DNA of 64,000 bases. Source: Cyanophora paradoxa CCMP329. Lineage: Eukaryota > Plantae > Glaucophyta. Below are positions 25,959 through 39,822 of this stretch, in pieces; the first letter of the stretch is position 1, and the number at the start of each line of letters is the position of its first letter. The stretch covers positions 186,001 to 250,000 of the forward strand of contig QPMI01000484.1 of NCBI GenBank assembly GCA_004431415.1, written 5' to 3'. The translations under genes and the position numbers were made by a program. The notes beneath the pieces were generated by a model. It was not told the origin of the DNA and searched no databases. It saw only the letters and a program-made list of their open reading frames with translations.

Positions 25959-27822
25959 CACAGCAGAGTATGGGGGGGGTACCCATGGTAGCATTAGTTT
26001 GTATGGGACTGCGGCCCCCCCCCTGACCATTCTGTGCAGTAACCATCAGCGCGCCGGGCGACGCGCTAGCACGCTCGTCGTCCTTAGCTAGGCCTTCCGG
26101 GCAGTGTGAAAGCAGTCCGGCCGACGGGGGCGCTCTGGCTCGGGAGATCGACTTGTAGCTAGTGCGGGTCGGCCGGGCCATCGGGAAGGCGCCCAGCGAC
26201 CAGCTCACCGCATCATTAGTGAGCCTGGCATGCCGCAGACGAGCGGGCGCGCCACGCCCCGCCGCCTCTGGTCCGCTGGACTCTCCGAAAAGGTAACCGC
26301 CGCGCACTGCGAACGAAGGATCGGCGGAAGCTGACCACCGGCGTCGCAGCGCCGACGCAGGACGTTACGAACGTAATGTGCATCTGATGAGAGTCTGCTG
26401 GTGCGCTGGGCTGGTCGCCGCGCGACCGGCCTGACCGACGCCCCCGCCAGGAGGCCGTGCACCAGCCGCGCATCTCGCCGGCGGGGCGCAGGTGCAGTCT
26501 CGCCTAGCATATGCGACTTAGCTAAGCTAACAGTGCTGATCAATGCTCGCAGCGCGCGCCGGGCGCCGCTCCTGGGCCGCCCGCTCTTGGTGGTGGTCGC
26601 CGCCCCTACGGAGTCGCCGTGGTGCGGGCGCGACCTTTTGCGTCCTTTCCTCAGCTTTGTTTTGATGTATACTACATGCAGGCAACCTGGGCGCACGGTG
26701 GGGCTCTTCGGGGCGGGCGTTTCTGGCGGAGAACGCCACCTGGTCCCCCTTCTGGGCCAGATCCCGCTGCTCCCCGTCGCTCTCCGCGTCTCCCTTGGAT
26801 AGCGCATCGTCTAGATGGTTATGTACAATGAATCTACGCGTTTCCCCGCTGCCGCGCCCGCGCCCCCGTCCCAGGATTTGGGTGTCACCACTGCACTGCT
26901 CCAGCAGAGCGCCCTGTGCGCCCAGCACGTCCTAGGGCGGCCGAGATGGATGAAAACATAGTATATTACATAGAAGCACATTCGGGAACGATCCAACGCG
27001 TCCGGGAAGCGCGGGCAAGGGGTCCGAGCCTGACCCCAAGTCCTTGCCACCACCACCGCCAGCCACCGAACGCAGCACGGCGCCCTGCACAGCGTGCGCG
27101 TGGTGCGAAACATAGTTAGTCTTGTGTAGGAACGCAGCTGGCGCGTGGGCTCTGCCGGGATGCGCACCGGAAGCGACCAGCACTGCGGCAGTGGCGGGCA
27201 CCAAGCCAGAACGCGCGGCGGAGCCGCCCTGTGCTCCCGGCGTAAGCTGTTGACACAGCTGATGCCGCCTATGTGCTGCGGGCGACCGGCGAGGTCACAG
27301 GTGACCGGCGGCGGGCGAGCGGGCGGGCGCAGCGGGCGGACGGGACGGACTTCACTCCCGAGAGCGGACGATGGCGCCGATCGTCATGAAGCATGTTCAA
27401 CATCTAAGAACACTGTTGAAGCACGTTAGGCCCACGCAGCAAGAGCGCCCGGGTCGCCGCACCTTCGAGAGCACGCCGCTCGGCGGGCGAGCGGGGCGGG
27501 CGGGCTGTAGCACCGCCAGTGCTGTTTGTATGACCTATGCGTTGCTCCTGATACGCTGGCTGGTAGCCCGGCCGCCGCCGCCGCCATCCGACCTCGCTGG
27601 GCGCGCGACAAAGTCCGAAGTCCGACCCAGACGGACAGGGCTGAGAGCAGACGACCAACTAGAGCTCGACGCGCTACATGGAAAAGCGATGCTCGCCGGA
27701 AGCGCTGATGCAGGGGTTTCACGGCGGACGCTGCCGAAGTTGTTTTTTTCAGCCCACCGGGGGTGCCACTTTTCCCATACAAACTGATGCTACCATGGGT
27801 ACCCCCCCCATACTCTGCTGTG
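25959..27822. mobile_element. Non-autonomous DNA transposon (1864 bp) with 50-bp TIRs starting CACAG and a 3-bp TSD (CTG); CACTA/CMC-like
   Basis: 25959-26008 is the reverse complement of 27773-27822 with one mismatch. CTG lies at 25956-25958 and 27823-27825. No intact transposase seen inside. Confidence 0.88.
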
Positions 27823-27896
27823 CTGGATTCGAATTCAGGCGGCCAGCAGCGCAGCCTGCAGCCGCCAAAGCACGCGCGCGCACACCGAGGTTATAA

Positions 27897-29755
27897 TTAG
27901 CAACCGTTTAACGAGGCGTCGACGATTTGACAAAAAGCCTTTGCAGCTTGGCGCACCTGGCCGCGGCGGTACGCCGCGAAGGCTTCCCCCAGGCGCCCTT
28001 GGAAGCGGGGAGGGTCATCGAACTGCGTTTCGCGCACGAAGCGCACGATACGGTGGAGCGGGGGGCAGGCCGCCAGCCCAGCGAACAGGGCGAGGAGCTC
28101 GTGCTCGAAGCAGGAGATGACCCGGAGGCGCACGCTCGCGAGGTCCGGGTTGCGCGCCTGGAGCCGACACAGGGCCGGCAGGGCGTCTGCATGCATGCGC
28201 GGGGGCGTCAAGTTCGAGCTGCAGGCAGATCACGATCGTGATTCGAACGCACGGCTCACGAGGGGCACCGCCGCTTCTGACTCGCGGACGCGGTGGCCAT
28301 CGGCAGAGAGGTCGAGCTCGATGCATTTTAGGGACGTCGGCGCGCCTGACGAGCGGATCCGGAGGACCGGAGGCCGGAACGTTAACGATGCGAAGTCAAG
28401 TTTTTTTAATACAGTTAAATTAAATGCAGCGTTGATCATGATGTGCGCACGTCCAAGCCACTCGAAGAAGGCTGGTGACAGCTGCGCATCGTAAATTGCC
28501 AGGCTGCACAACAAAAAAACTCTAATTTCAGCACATGATCAACAGAATCGATGCAAGCTCTCAAAAGATTTTCATTACCTGTCCGCTCCGGCGAAGAGGT
28601 TGTCGGACCAAATTTTGGGCAGGGCACACGACTCCAGCACAACCTGGCAATCGAGGCTGCAGCCGAAGGTCGTGCTAAGAATGTCGCCGGTGGCTGCGGG
28701 GCCGCAGCCGAAGCGGAAGTCTGTGATGCGGGGGAGCGTCGCCTCCACGGCCGGCCGCTTGGCTGCAAGATTCGCGCCAAACAGGAAGAGCTGCCGCGCT
28801 TGGAGCCCGCGCCTGCCGAACTCGACGACGGCCGCCGCCGTGTCCTTCGAGCGGAACGAACGGTCCTCCTCATCGTCGAAGCTTGCCGTACGAATGATTT
28901 CGAGGCGAGGAAACAGCCGCGCGAGCTCCTCCACATCCTCCTTGCCCTTGAACTGGATCGGAAGACCGAGGCACCTCAGCGTCTCGATGGGCGGCAGCTG
29001 CGCATGAGATTTCGCGCTCGCGATCAGAATCCTTGCAATGGGCTAGAGAAAGTTGCTTGGCAATTCAAAATCGAATCACCGTGTCGTGCAGGTCATCAAT
29101 TTCCAGCGGCTTGAAAAGGAGCCCGGAATCGTAGCAAATGCTAATCGCGACAAGGCTGGGAAGCGCGTTGCTGAAGTCCAGATTGGCGAGCTTGAGCGAT
29201 CGGTGCAGGCCCCGATCGCAGCTCCTCAGCGCGATGTTCAGCGAAGCGAGGCTCTTCGGCAGGGCCGGCCACAAATTGCGCATACAGCACCGCGGCTCTT
29301 CGAAAGAATGAAAGACGAAATTTAACTTCAGGTTCTGCAGAGCTTGGTTTTCAGGGGCTTGAAGAAGCGCTGCGGCGTCTGCGATGCTGACAGCGTCGGA
29401 GGGCGGCGCTTCGGGCGCAAACCCTAGGCTTCGAAATGCCTCCGATGCCGCTCGCGCAGCTGCGCGCATTTCCTCGCTTAAAATCGCGCTGGAATTCTCG
29501 CGCTGGACCACGAAGTTCCCTTTCTGGCGACCGACATCTCCGAAAACACTGAGCGCGCAGCGGCGCGCGAAATTTAGAAAAAGACGCATACATGAAGAAG
29601 AGCGCGCGGGCGAGCGCGCACGTGATCTCCAGCTGCGACGTCGACATTTTCTCGAGCTCGAAGATACGTCCTTTCCGTACGCGTGCGCTTACAGCGCTAG
29701 AGCTTCCGAGATCTATACCTTCGAATTCCGGGAGGCAATGCGCATGCACGATCAT
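27897..29755 (-). CDS. Multi-exon uncharacterised protein with LRR-like segments
   Basis: Exons LWPALPKSLASLNIAL...LPSLVAISI, LARLFPRLEII, LKKLDFASL and SLKCIELDL resemble RNI/F-box-type LRRs. Stop at 27897. Confidence 0.5.
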
Positions 29756-30047
29756 GAGAGATCGGACGAGAAGAGAAAATTAAGTGAAGAGAGGGCATTA
29801 TATGGAATTCGAAAGGGGTGATCGAAGTCTAGAGGAGAAGATTATATATAATTAACTCGTAGATCGAGTAGAACGGGAACCTAGCTATATATATATATAG
29901 CGCTAGCGCTTGCATGATCGAGGCGTCTAGAGACTGTACATGTGTCCGGTAATTCACCAAAAAAAAAGAGGCGAATTCGAAGGAATTCTTTGAATTTAGG
30001 AGAAACACGTGCACGTGCACGTAGCGAACTTCGACGGGATGCGCTGC

Positions 30048-30360
30048 AGCTGGAATTCTGGCGCGCTGGACCACGGGTCCCTCATTCTCGCTGCGATCGA
30101 CATCTCCGAAAACACTATAGCTAGTACTGAGCGCGCGGTTGCGCATGCGCGCAGAAATTAGAAAAAGCTTAAGGTGCATGCATGAAGAAGAGCGCGCGAA
30201 CGAGCGCGCACGTGCACGTGATCTCCAGCTGCGACGTCGATCGACGTCAACGTCGATATTTTCTCGAGCTCAGCTAGCTACGTCCTTCAAGGCTTCCCGC
30301 GCGCCTGCAGCGCTAGGGCTTCGTTGCGAAAATTAATTATAAGCGAAGAGAGGGCATTAT
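30048..30360 (-). pseudogene. Degenerate tandem copy of the 5' part of the LRR-like gene
   Basis: gctggaattc..gcgctggaccacg, gacatctccgaaaacact, catgaagaagagcgcgcg, cacgtgatctccagctgcgacgtcga and gaagagagggcattat recur from ~29488-29801, with indels. Confidence 0.75.
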
Positions 30361-30770
30361 AATAAAGGAGGGAGTGGGGGAAGTGACCGGGCCGGCCGGT
30401 GCACGTTCAGGGTCTAGAGGGGAAGGTGGAACAAGATCTAGAAGGGGAATTCTAGAGGGGACAATTGCAAGGGATCTAGAGGAGACAATATAGCACATTG
30501 GGCCATCCCCCCCCCCCCCCCCCCCCCCCCCCCCGCACTCACGCACATTAAGAGATAACAGAGCAATCACAAATCAAAGATATAGCAGACAGTCGCAGAA
30601 TACATAATCATAAGGTACAATATATCACGGTAAATTTAAGGGCACGGTCATAAGAACGAGAACTAGCACGAAAAGAAGTAGTAGAAGAGCTGATATTTGA
30701 TTTGAGCACGTGACTCGAAGTGATTGCTATAAATAATGCAGTAACGCCTCCGCAGGCCTCGCCGCGCGGG

Positions 30771-33700
30771 CTAGACCCAGAGCGAGACGAACGAAGCCGA
30801 TGCGGGGCCGCCGCCTCCTCCGGCGCCGGCGGCGAGCGGGGCGCGGAGGCCGGCCTCGCGCGCCACGCGGGCGGCCGCCTCCGCCGCCTCTGCCGCCGCC
30901 GCCGCGTCGCCGGCCCAGCGGGCGAGCTGCAGGCCCGCCGCCGCCTCCCACGGCCGCAGACCGCTCCGCCCGAACGCGTCGCGCGCCGCCCGCAGCCGCG
31001 CGGCGCGGCGGCCCGGCGGGCCGAGGTGCGCGGCCGCCAGCTCCACGAATGGCGCAAGCGCCGGCACGCGTCGCCGGGAGGCTTCGGAGAGCAGCGCGGC
31101 CGCCCGCCGGGCGAACGCCTCGGCCCGCTGCACGTCCGACAGCTCCGCCGGGAGCGCTGGCGCCGCCGCCGCCGCCGCGGGATCGAGATGCGAGAAGCCC
31201 ACTCGGGGGCCGCCGCGTCCGCAGAGGCGGCTCCAGAGGCCGGCGGGCGGGGCCGGGGCGTCTCGTCGGCCGGCCTCCGCCGCGCGGGCGCTGTCCCGCC
31301 ACCACAACGCAAATTCACAGATGAGGATCGGGAGGACTGCCGCGACGCGTGCAAGCGCGCGCGGCACCGGGATCGGTCAGCCAAAGGCTTGACGAAAGAC
31401 AGCGAATCAACGTTATTTAGATTCGAGGGCTTGCTTTAAGGAAGCTTTAATTTAGACAAGCTTTGGGCTCGAAGGAAGACAAAGAAAGAAATTCTAATTC
31501 GAAGCTCACGGATTCGGTTCCAGAGGAACTAGCTTAGAGATCATAGATAGATATTTAGTTAGATTCAAGCTCATTAGTTAGATTATGTTAGTTAGTTAGT
31601 TAGATCATAGAAGCTAAAAGATAGATAGATCATAGTTAGATAAGTTAGTTAGATCATAAATAGATAGTTAGGAAGATTCGAGCTCACGGATTCGGTGCCA
31701 GAGGAGGGCCTGCATTTCGATGGCGAGGGAGGCAGCCGCGCCCTCAAAGAAGCGGAGAGCAGAGAGGGCGTCCCCGGCGCGCCAAGCCAGCACCTAAGGC
31801 CGCGCGGCGTTCAAAATTAATGCGCGCGCGCGCATGAAACAAAGCAAACGCACAGCGCCGGCCAGTCCGGTGGTCTGCATGTACCACGAGCGGCCGATGC
31901 GCTCCTCGGAGAAGCTCTGGACGGGGAAGGTTCAGAGTCAGAACTCGAGTCAAACTACTAGAACTGTAGCCCGGCAATTCGCGCTCACGGCGCGGGAGCG
32001 CTGGAAGAGGGCGTCCGCCCGGTCGTGGTGCCCCTGCAGCAGCGCCGCCATGCACTTGACCGCCGTGCACGTCGCCACGACTGCGCAGCGCGCGCGCGCG
32101 GGCGGCTCAGAGGCCGCCGCGGGGCGCGCGGGGGCGGGGGCGGGGGCGGGGGCGGCGGGGCGGACAGATAGATAGATAAAAAAGATAGATAGATGTTTAG
32201 ATAGATAGATAGACAGATAGATAGATAGAATATGTCGCGGCTCGCGGAAATTGCACTGGGCGCACAGGTCTCGGAGAGGCCGAGGCGCGAGTTCATGTTC
32301 GCGGCCTCCTCGCACACGCGCTCCGACGCCGCCAGATTGCCCTGCGCGCGCGCCCAAGCGTTATAATTAGCGCAAGCTCAAGTCAAGGTCGAGGTCGCCC
32401 CTGGAGCTTTGGTAGGCGAAGGGGGCGCGCGGACCGTGAGGAAGAGTGCAATGGCGAAGGAGGAGCGGTTGTTGAGGTTGTCGGGGTGGTCCCCCCCCAG
32501 CCGCACCGTCCGCGCCCACGCCTCCACGCCCTCCACGAACCTGATACTTATGCGTAAGAGGCGGCGATACATATATCGATGGATTGGCAGCAGGCCGGTT
32601 CTCAGAGTCTTCGAGGCGCACTTATGTACTTATGTGCAAGGGGCAATAGTAATAGTACTGAAGGCAAGCTGAAGGCAATAGTACTTATGTGCAAGGGGCG
32701 GCGATATGGGCAGCTGGCCGGTCCTTTTCTAGAGGCGCACCGGCCCTCACGGCAGAGCTGCATGCCGCGCTGGTGGGCCGCCGAGCTGCTCGGGATGCCG
32801 CCCCCCAGGCGCTCCGCCAGCTCCTCGACCCCCTCCAGGAGCGCCTGCGCCCTCTTCTGGTTCCCAGTGATTGCGTCCAGCACCACTGCATAGAAAATAG
32901 AAGGCTTAGATTAGCCAAGAACTATTCAAATTAAAGCTCAGAATCGGGTAACACAAGAGGCAGGCAGACGGACCCGTGAAGTTCCCGCGCACTCGGACGT
33001 CCGCTAGGGCCAGGGCCTCGGCGGGGGTACCCAGGCTGATCTCGTACGCCCGCGAGATGGGTACGATGAGCCGCGCCAGGTGCTCCTTCGAGCGCGCGGG
33101 GGTCGCCCCAATGCGCGAGAGCGACCTGGGCCGGCGGTGACGTCACGGCGTTGGCGGTGACGTCACGGCATTGGTTGGCGGGGCGCCGGATTCGAACCAC
33201 ATGACGATGAGGGAGCAATCTAGGATGGCCAAGCGTCGGGCGAGGAGCGTCGGGCTGGCCAGGAGGTCGGCGGCCGCGGCCGCCGGGGGAGCCGCATCGG
33301 ACGCCCGGCCGAGGCGCCAGACCCGGAACAGCGCCCGGGCGAGCGCCAGGGGTGACCCCGTGTTCTGCGCGAGCGGCTCGCCCAGGGTCCCCAGGCTCGC
33401 CGCCTACCCACACGTCAAGCAAGAAGGGGTAAGCTCAGGGGGGTACAGCGCACGGCGAGCTCCTGAGCGATGTGGTACTTCCCCTCGTAGTAGCGCACCC
33501 GCGCCCAGCTCCGCAGCGCGCAGCCGCGCACGACAGCCCACGCCGCCTGCTTGGAGGGGCCGCCCGGCGTCGCGGAGGGGTCGACTTCGCTTGGACGGCG
33601 GCCGGCGGGGGCCTCGGCCTCCGCGCGGGCGGCCCGGGGCACGGGCGGCGCGTCGGGCCCCGCCAGCCCGAGCCCGTCGATCGCCTCCACGACCTCCGCG

Positions 33701-36700
33701 TTCAGCCGAGCTGCCGAAGCGCGTGGGCGGGCAAGCGGGCGCAGCGGGGCGGAAATTCGATGGAAATGCACGCACCGGCCTCGGCCAGTGCGTTGGTGGC
33801 CATCGCGTGCTCGGCGGCGCGCACGAGGTACCCCAGCGCCTTCTCCGGCATCCCGCCGAGCCGGTAGTGCATCCTGCGCACACGCGCCGATCGCGCGCGG
33901 CCCGTCGGAAATGTGTGGAAATTGGAGACGTGCAGGGCGGGGCCGGGGCGCACGCGAGGGCGGCGAGGTCGTGGCCATCGTCTTTGGAGCGGGCCTCGAG
34001 CCAGCGGCCGGCGGCCGCGTGCAGCTCCCGCCGCTGCGTCCTCAGCATCGCATTGTACACCGCGTCCTGTCGCCGAGCCCGCCCCATTAGCTAAAGCACC
34101 TACATTCACAAAGGAGCGCTGGCGGACCCGCGTGAGGGCGTGGAAGAACGAGAAGGGCAGGTCCAGCGGGGGCCAGTCCGCCGCCGGCTGTCCCCCGTCC
34201 TCCTCGTCGTCCTCGTCCTCGTCCCCCTCGTCAAGGTCTTCGATCTCTTTGGGCGGCGCCGGGCCCCCCTCCCGCTCCTGCCACCGCCGTCAGCGAACGT
34301 GCGGAGGCGCGGCGAGCGGCTGCGATAGGCACCAGGATGAGGTTGGCGGCGCGGAGGGTGCGGAAGGCCCGCCGGACGCGCTCGGGGCTGCTGGCGCCGC
34401 CCGCGACGGCCCACACCGACTCGGCCGTGAAGCCCGAGCCCAGCGTGGCGGCCACCTTCAGCACCGCCTGCGCGCGCGCCGGCAGCCGGTCCGTCCTCGC
34501 CAGCACGATTTGCTGCGCGCCGCGTCACGGCGGGGCGGGGGCGGGGGCCGGTCGGGGCGGGGGGACCTGGATGGAGTCCGGGACGACGAAGTCGGGGGCG
34601 GCGGGGCCGGCGAGGGAGTGGCGGCAGAGCTCGACGAGAAAGAGCGGCACGCCGGCCGCCTTCGCCAGCACCGACTCCGCCGCCGCCTGCCGGCCGCCGG
34701 CATCGGCGACGGATCCGGAGCAGCGGCGCGCTGGGGCGAGGGAGGGCGCGCGCGCACCGGCGGGAGCTGCACGGACATGCGCTCCGCGAGGCTCTGCGCG
34801 AGCGGCGTCAGGTCAGATCTGATCCGATCTGATCTGAGCTGAGGGGGCGCACGAGGAAGAGGGCGCGAGCCGCGTCGGGCGGGAGGGGCCCGAGGCGGAT
34901 GAGGGAGACCTGTGGGGACGGTTGAGGCCGGGCGGGGCGCAGCGAGTGGAAGCGAGGGCCGGGCGGGGCGGGGCGGGGCGGGGCGGAGGCAGCAGCGGGC
35001 GCGCCTGCACGGGGTGGCGGAGGGGCGGGAGCATCCCGTCGCGGAAGAGCGGCTCGCGCTTGGGCGTTCCGGCCTCGGATGGCGTTCGGGTGGTGTTGAG
35101 CTTGGGCGATGCTTCGGCCCCGGTTCCGCTGCCGTTGACGTTCCGGCGGTCCGATTTCGAATCCGGATCGGCGAGGGCAGCCAAACCGCCGGCGGCTGCC
35201 TTCATCCGGACTGGAGGCTCGCCTTCGCCCCCGACGCCCTCGCCCCCCCTTTTCTGGCTATGGGGGCTGGCGTCCCCCAGGTCTCCTCCCCGGGCCGGTA
35301 GAGGCGGCCTCGGCCCTTCCTCCCCGCCTCCGCCGCCCGCGAGGTGGACCGCCGTGTCGTCCAGCTGTACCCGGCCAGCTTCGCGTGAGGGGCGAGGCCC
35401 AACGAACGCAAGCAGCGCTCGTTCGATCGATATCGCACCTGCCCCGACAGGATGAGGTAGTCGCGGGGGACGGTGGCGGGCGGCATGGGCCGCGACGCGA
35501 TGACGAGCAGCGCCGAGCGGACAGTGTCGCGCACGCAGCGGATCACGAACCAGCTCGCCGAGTCCAGCCTGCGAGAAGCAGCGTTACATTGCAGCTCAAG
35601 GACGGGGCGCGGGGTTTCGCCGAACAAACAAACGGACCAGTGGGCGTCCTGCGCGGCGGACGGCGTCGGCGGTCAGCGGACAAAATAGAAATGTGGCCGC
35701 ACGACGCGAACCTCGAGCACTATGGCGACGCGCTTGGCGGGTGCCGGCGCCGGTGCCGGTGCCGGTGCCGCGAGAGCTGCAGGCCCGGCCGCGGACCCCG
35801 CCACTGGAAAGAACCCGTCTTGCTCCAAGGCCAGGACCAACCTTCGGCGGAGTCCCTGGAATGAGGCGCGCGCGCGTGCGCGGCACAAGTGGGGGCGGGC
35901 GGGCGGGCGGGCCCGAGGGCCACGGCTCACCGAGAGAAGGCGTTCGACACGCGGGCTATCGGCCCCGCGCCGAAGAGGGGTAGAAGGCCACGTCCGGATG
36001 CGGCCTTGCCCCCCGACAGGGACGCGGCGCCGCCGTAAAAAGACATCGCGTTTCGGCTGTGTCGGCCCCTGAAGGAATCCTGGCCCCGAGCCGCCTCATC
36101 GTCCGCGGCAGGAGCCGCTTCGCTCTCTGTCGGCGCCCAACGCGTCAGCGGCGGCGGCGGCGGCGGCGGCGGCTCGGCTCGGGATCGACGACGCGAGAAA
36201 CGGGGCGCACCGAAGGCGCCGAAGAGGCAGTCCCAGAAGAGCTTGGCGTCGGCGGCGCTGGCGAGGCCGCGGCCGGCGAGGTCCCGCCGCAGCGCCTCCC
36301 CGCTCGACACGTCGGCCACGGACGCGAGGAGGCCCCGCAGGCCCCACAGCGGCGTCGACTCCTGCCGCGCAGCCGCCGTCGGTCGGCGCCGGCGGCGGCG
36401 GCGGGCGGGGCGCAGCGGGCCGGGCGGCGGCCCCCGCGGACCTCGACGGCCGTGGCGTCGGCGCGCAGGACGCGGACGCCCCGCGCCGCGCACTCCCGCG
36501 TCACCTCCTGCAGCAGCCGCGACTTGCCGTACCCTGCGCGCCGCAGCGGCGCTCGGCAGACGCTCCGGCAAAGCAGAGCGATTGGGGGCGCGCGCGCGCC
36601 GGCGGGGCCTTCGATGACGACGGTGCCGCCCTCGCCCTCGGCGCAGAGGCGATCCACAGCCGCCAGCGCCCGCCCCAGCTCCTCCCCGCTGCGTCGGAAA

Positions 36701-39700
36701 CTCAGTCGGAAGTTCGCATATCGACACGGGCCCGCGCGCGCGCGAGCGCGCACCGTCCGACGCAGGCGTGCGGCGCCCTCCGACCACCGTTCCCCGAGGG
36801 AGTCACCGGGTCGTCCGAGGCCGCTCCCAGTAATCCTAGGCCTCCGATTGCCTCCGGCTGCGTTCGAATGAGCCTTGAATTTGCAGTCGGGGCGACGACG
36901 GAAACAGCGTACCCCATCCGGGTCCGCCACCGTTCCTCTCGGGGGGCGATACGTGACCAGCGGCCTGCGGAACACGCGTTCGGGCAAAACAAATCAGAAA
37001 AGCCGCAGGGCAGAATTGGCGCATGCTCGACTCGCCTCTCGGCGTTGTGCGCGGGGTGCGGATCGCTGCGCGACGGGCTGTACGCGTGGAGCGGGTCTTG
37101 GAAGCCTTTCGCGAGCACCGGCGGCAGGCCCGCAAAAGAGAGACCCTGCGATCGCGAGCACTCAGCGCAAGCCGAATCCGGGGCCTTCGGGATTCGAACC
37201 GACGGCCTGCCACGGTCCTTGATGGAGGCCACGACGCTGGCGTCGCAGAAGACCCGCTGCTGCGCCGCGGCCGGGCCCGGGCCCCGCTCCGCGGCGACCG
37301 CCTCCCGCGCGGCGCTCATGAGGCGCGCGGCGATGATCTGCGCCCCGAGGCTCGGCGGCGGGCGAGGGAGAGGGCGGGCCGGGGGCGCCCGCACCACGCA
37401 GTCGCCGATTACGGCGTACTCCTTCCTGCACGGCGCGCCGAGGCTCCCGCAGAAGGACCGCCCAGCCGCCACCTGCGCCCCGCCGCGCCCGACGGTCGGG
37501 CCGGCAGACGGGAGGCGAGCGGGGCGGGGGCGTGGCGCACGCCGCAGGCGAAGGGGGCGGAGGAGGCGGCGAACCACTCCTGGAGCGCCAGCGCCAGCCG
37601 CACCGCCCGCTCTGCTCGCGGCCGCGTCGATCAGCGCCGGCGGCGCCGCAGAGAGCGCAGGGCGAGAAGCTAGAGCCAAGGGCGCACCGTCGTCGTCCTC
37701 GTGGCTGTGCTGGTTGATCCCGAACGCGAGCAGCGCGCTCGCCCCTTGTCGTCGCTGCCCGAAGCGCGTCAGAGGCCCGGGGGGGGGGGGGGGGGGGGGG
37801 GGGGCGAGGGGGGGAGTGCGTGAAGGGGAAGGGGGGGGGGCGAAGGCGAGGGCGGCAAGGGGCGAAAGATGGTGGGGAGACGGGGGGGGGAGGGGTGGAT
37901 GGGGTGGATTGCGTGAAGGGAGGGCGGAGAAGCGGGATGGGCAAAAGGGGGGTAACGTAATGAAGAAGGGGGCGGGGTATGGTACTGGAGTGATGGGGGG
38001 TTGGAGGAGGGGGGGTGGGGGTGGGGTGGGGGGGGGCGGGGAAGGGGGCCCAGAGCGCACATGACGATCTTGTTGACGCTGCCCTCGTACTCGGCCGTCG
38101 CCCGGTGCACGGAGCGCACGACCTGAGCGAAGCGCGCCGCGTGCCGCGCGGAGCGCCCGCTGTGCTTCCCCTCGCCGGCCGCGACCGCCAGGTCCAGCTC
38201 GGGGAACGACGCTGCGCGGGGTACGGACTCGTCACCCAAGTCCACAGACGGGCCGGGGCCGGGACGGGGCGCGCTGGGGGCGGCGCGCGGACCGAAGAGG
38301 ACGACGATGCGGCGGATGTCGTCGCCGAAGAAGCTGGCGCCCCGCCCGCCCCGGCCGCTGCGGGCCCGCCCGCGTGAGGCCGGCGCGGCGCCCCGCGGCG
38401 CGGCGCGGCGCGTGCGGCGGGCACCGGGTGCGAGGGAGAGGAGCTCGCCGGCGAAGGGCGCGAGGGCCGCCGCGTCGGCCTCCGCCGAGGCCCGCAGCGG
38501 CGCCCCGCAGCCGCACACGCCCCCGGCCGGGGCGCCGGCGCCGCCGCCGGGAGGGGCGTCCGCCGAGGCGGCGAGCGGCATCGAGGACACGATTCGGGCT
38601 TGCCGTGCGGGATGGAGAGGCGGTAGAGGGATCGGCCGGCGACGGGCGGGACGGGCTCCGCGTCGTACCCCTCCAGCAGGGCGTACATCTCCGCGGAGAC
38701 GACGATCTCCTCGTCCTTGCTCGCCCGCTGCGCCGCCGCCACCTGCGCGCCGCCAGCTCGGCTCAGATCGGATCGGATCAGATCAGATCTGAGGGGCGGC
38801 GCGCCTGGGCGACGAGGTCGCCGGCGAAGAGCAGCTGGCCCGCCCGCTCGCCGCCCGCACGAGGTACGTCTGCAGCTCGCCGGCCCCTGCGCCCGCGTCA
38901 GCGCCGGCGGGCGGGGCGGGGCGGGCCGGGCGGGGCGGGGCGGGGCGGGGCGGGGCGAGGCGGACCGCAGCCGGTGTGGGAGCGGAGGGCGACGCCGGCG
39001 CGCTCGAAGGCGATGCCGCGGACGTCGAGTGCGGCCTCGACGGCGAGCCGCGCCGCGTCGCGCAGCGCCGCCGCGCCGCCCGCCGCCGCCGCTGGCACGA
39101 ACGCCACCAGCGCGTCCCCGAGGAAGAGCAGCACCTCCGCCCCGCGCGCGTGCAGCCGCGAGATGAGCTGCTGCAGGAAGAGGTTCAGCTGCGACGTCAG
39201 CTGCGCGCGCGCGCGCGCTCCGTCAGCCTTCGCGCGGGTCCGGGCGGCAGCGCCGTGCGCGGGGCCGCACCTTCTCCGCGCCGTGGGCGGCGTCGGAGCG
39301 GGCGAGGGAGCGCGCGAGCTGCGAGAAGCCGGCGACGTCGACGAAGAGGGCCGCGCCGCGCTCCGACGCGATGGCGGAGCGGGCGCCGCCCTGCAGCTCG
39401 CCGAGCGCGGGGAGGCTCCGCGCCAGGAGCGACGCCGGCACGTACGGCAGCGCCGCTGAAAGCTCCTGCTGCGCGTGGCCGTGGTTCTTCTGTGCGAGAT
39501 TCAGATTCACATAGCTGGGCCGGCCGCGGCGGCTGGTGCTCATGCTCTCGCGGATGTCTCCGATCGCTGATAGCACAAGATCCTTCCGGCTGCTGCGCAT
39601 GCTCTCGCGGGTCTCCCCGCCCGTTGACGACGGCGTTGCGAGGTCTTTCCGCGAAAGTATTGCAATCGCGGCACTTGCCGCTTCCGCTTCGCTCTCAGAA

Positions 39701-39822
39701 CTGCTCCGCACGAGCGATTGCAAGCTCAAGTGATGCACATGTCGACCAGCGGCTGCGGCTGGCGCCGCTGCCGCAGCTTGTTGCTTGCCTGTTAGGCCTA
39801 CAGCCGCCCCAGACCTCGGCAT
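30771..39822 (-). CDS. Soluble-adenylyl-cyclase-like STAND protein copy A (two class III cyclase domains, AAA/STAND NTPase, TPR); apparent 1-nt frameshift
   Basis: ALFVDVAGFS, FLGDAL, EGSVNKIV-DDKG, HEDDDERAV, RKEYAVIGD, Walker A IEGPAGYGKS, Walker B IVLEDAHWLDSASW, GVPLFLVELC, FHALTRDAVY, LHAAAGRWLE, then TPR-like helices. Only 4 G at 37742-37745 against 5 in copy B. Confidence 0.88.
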
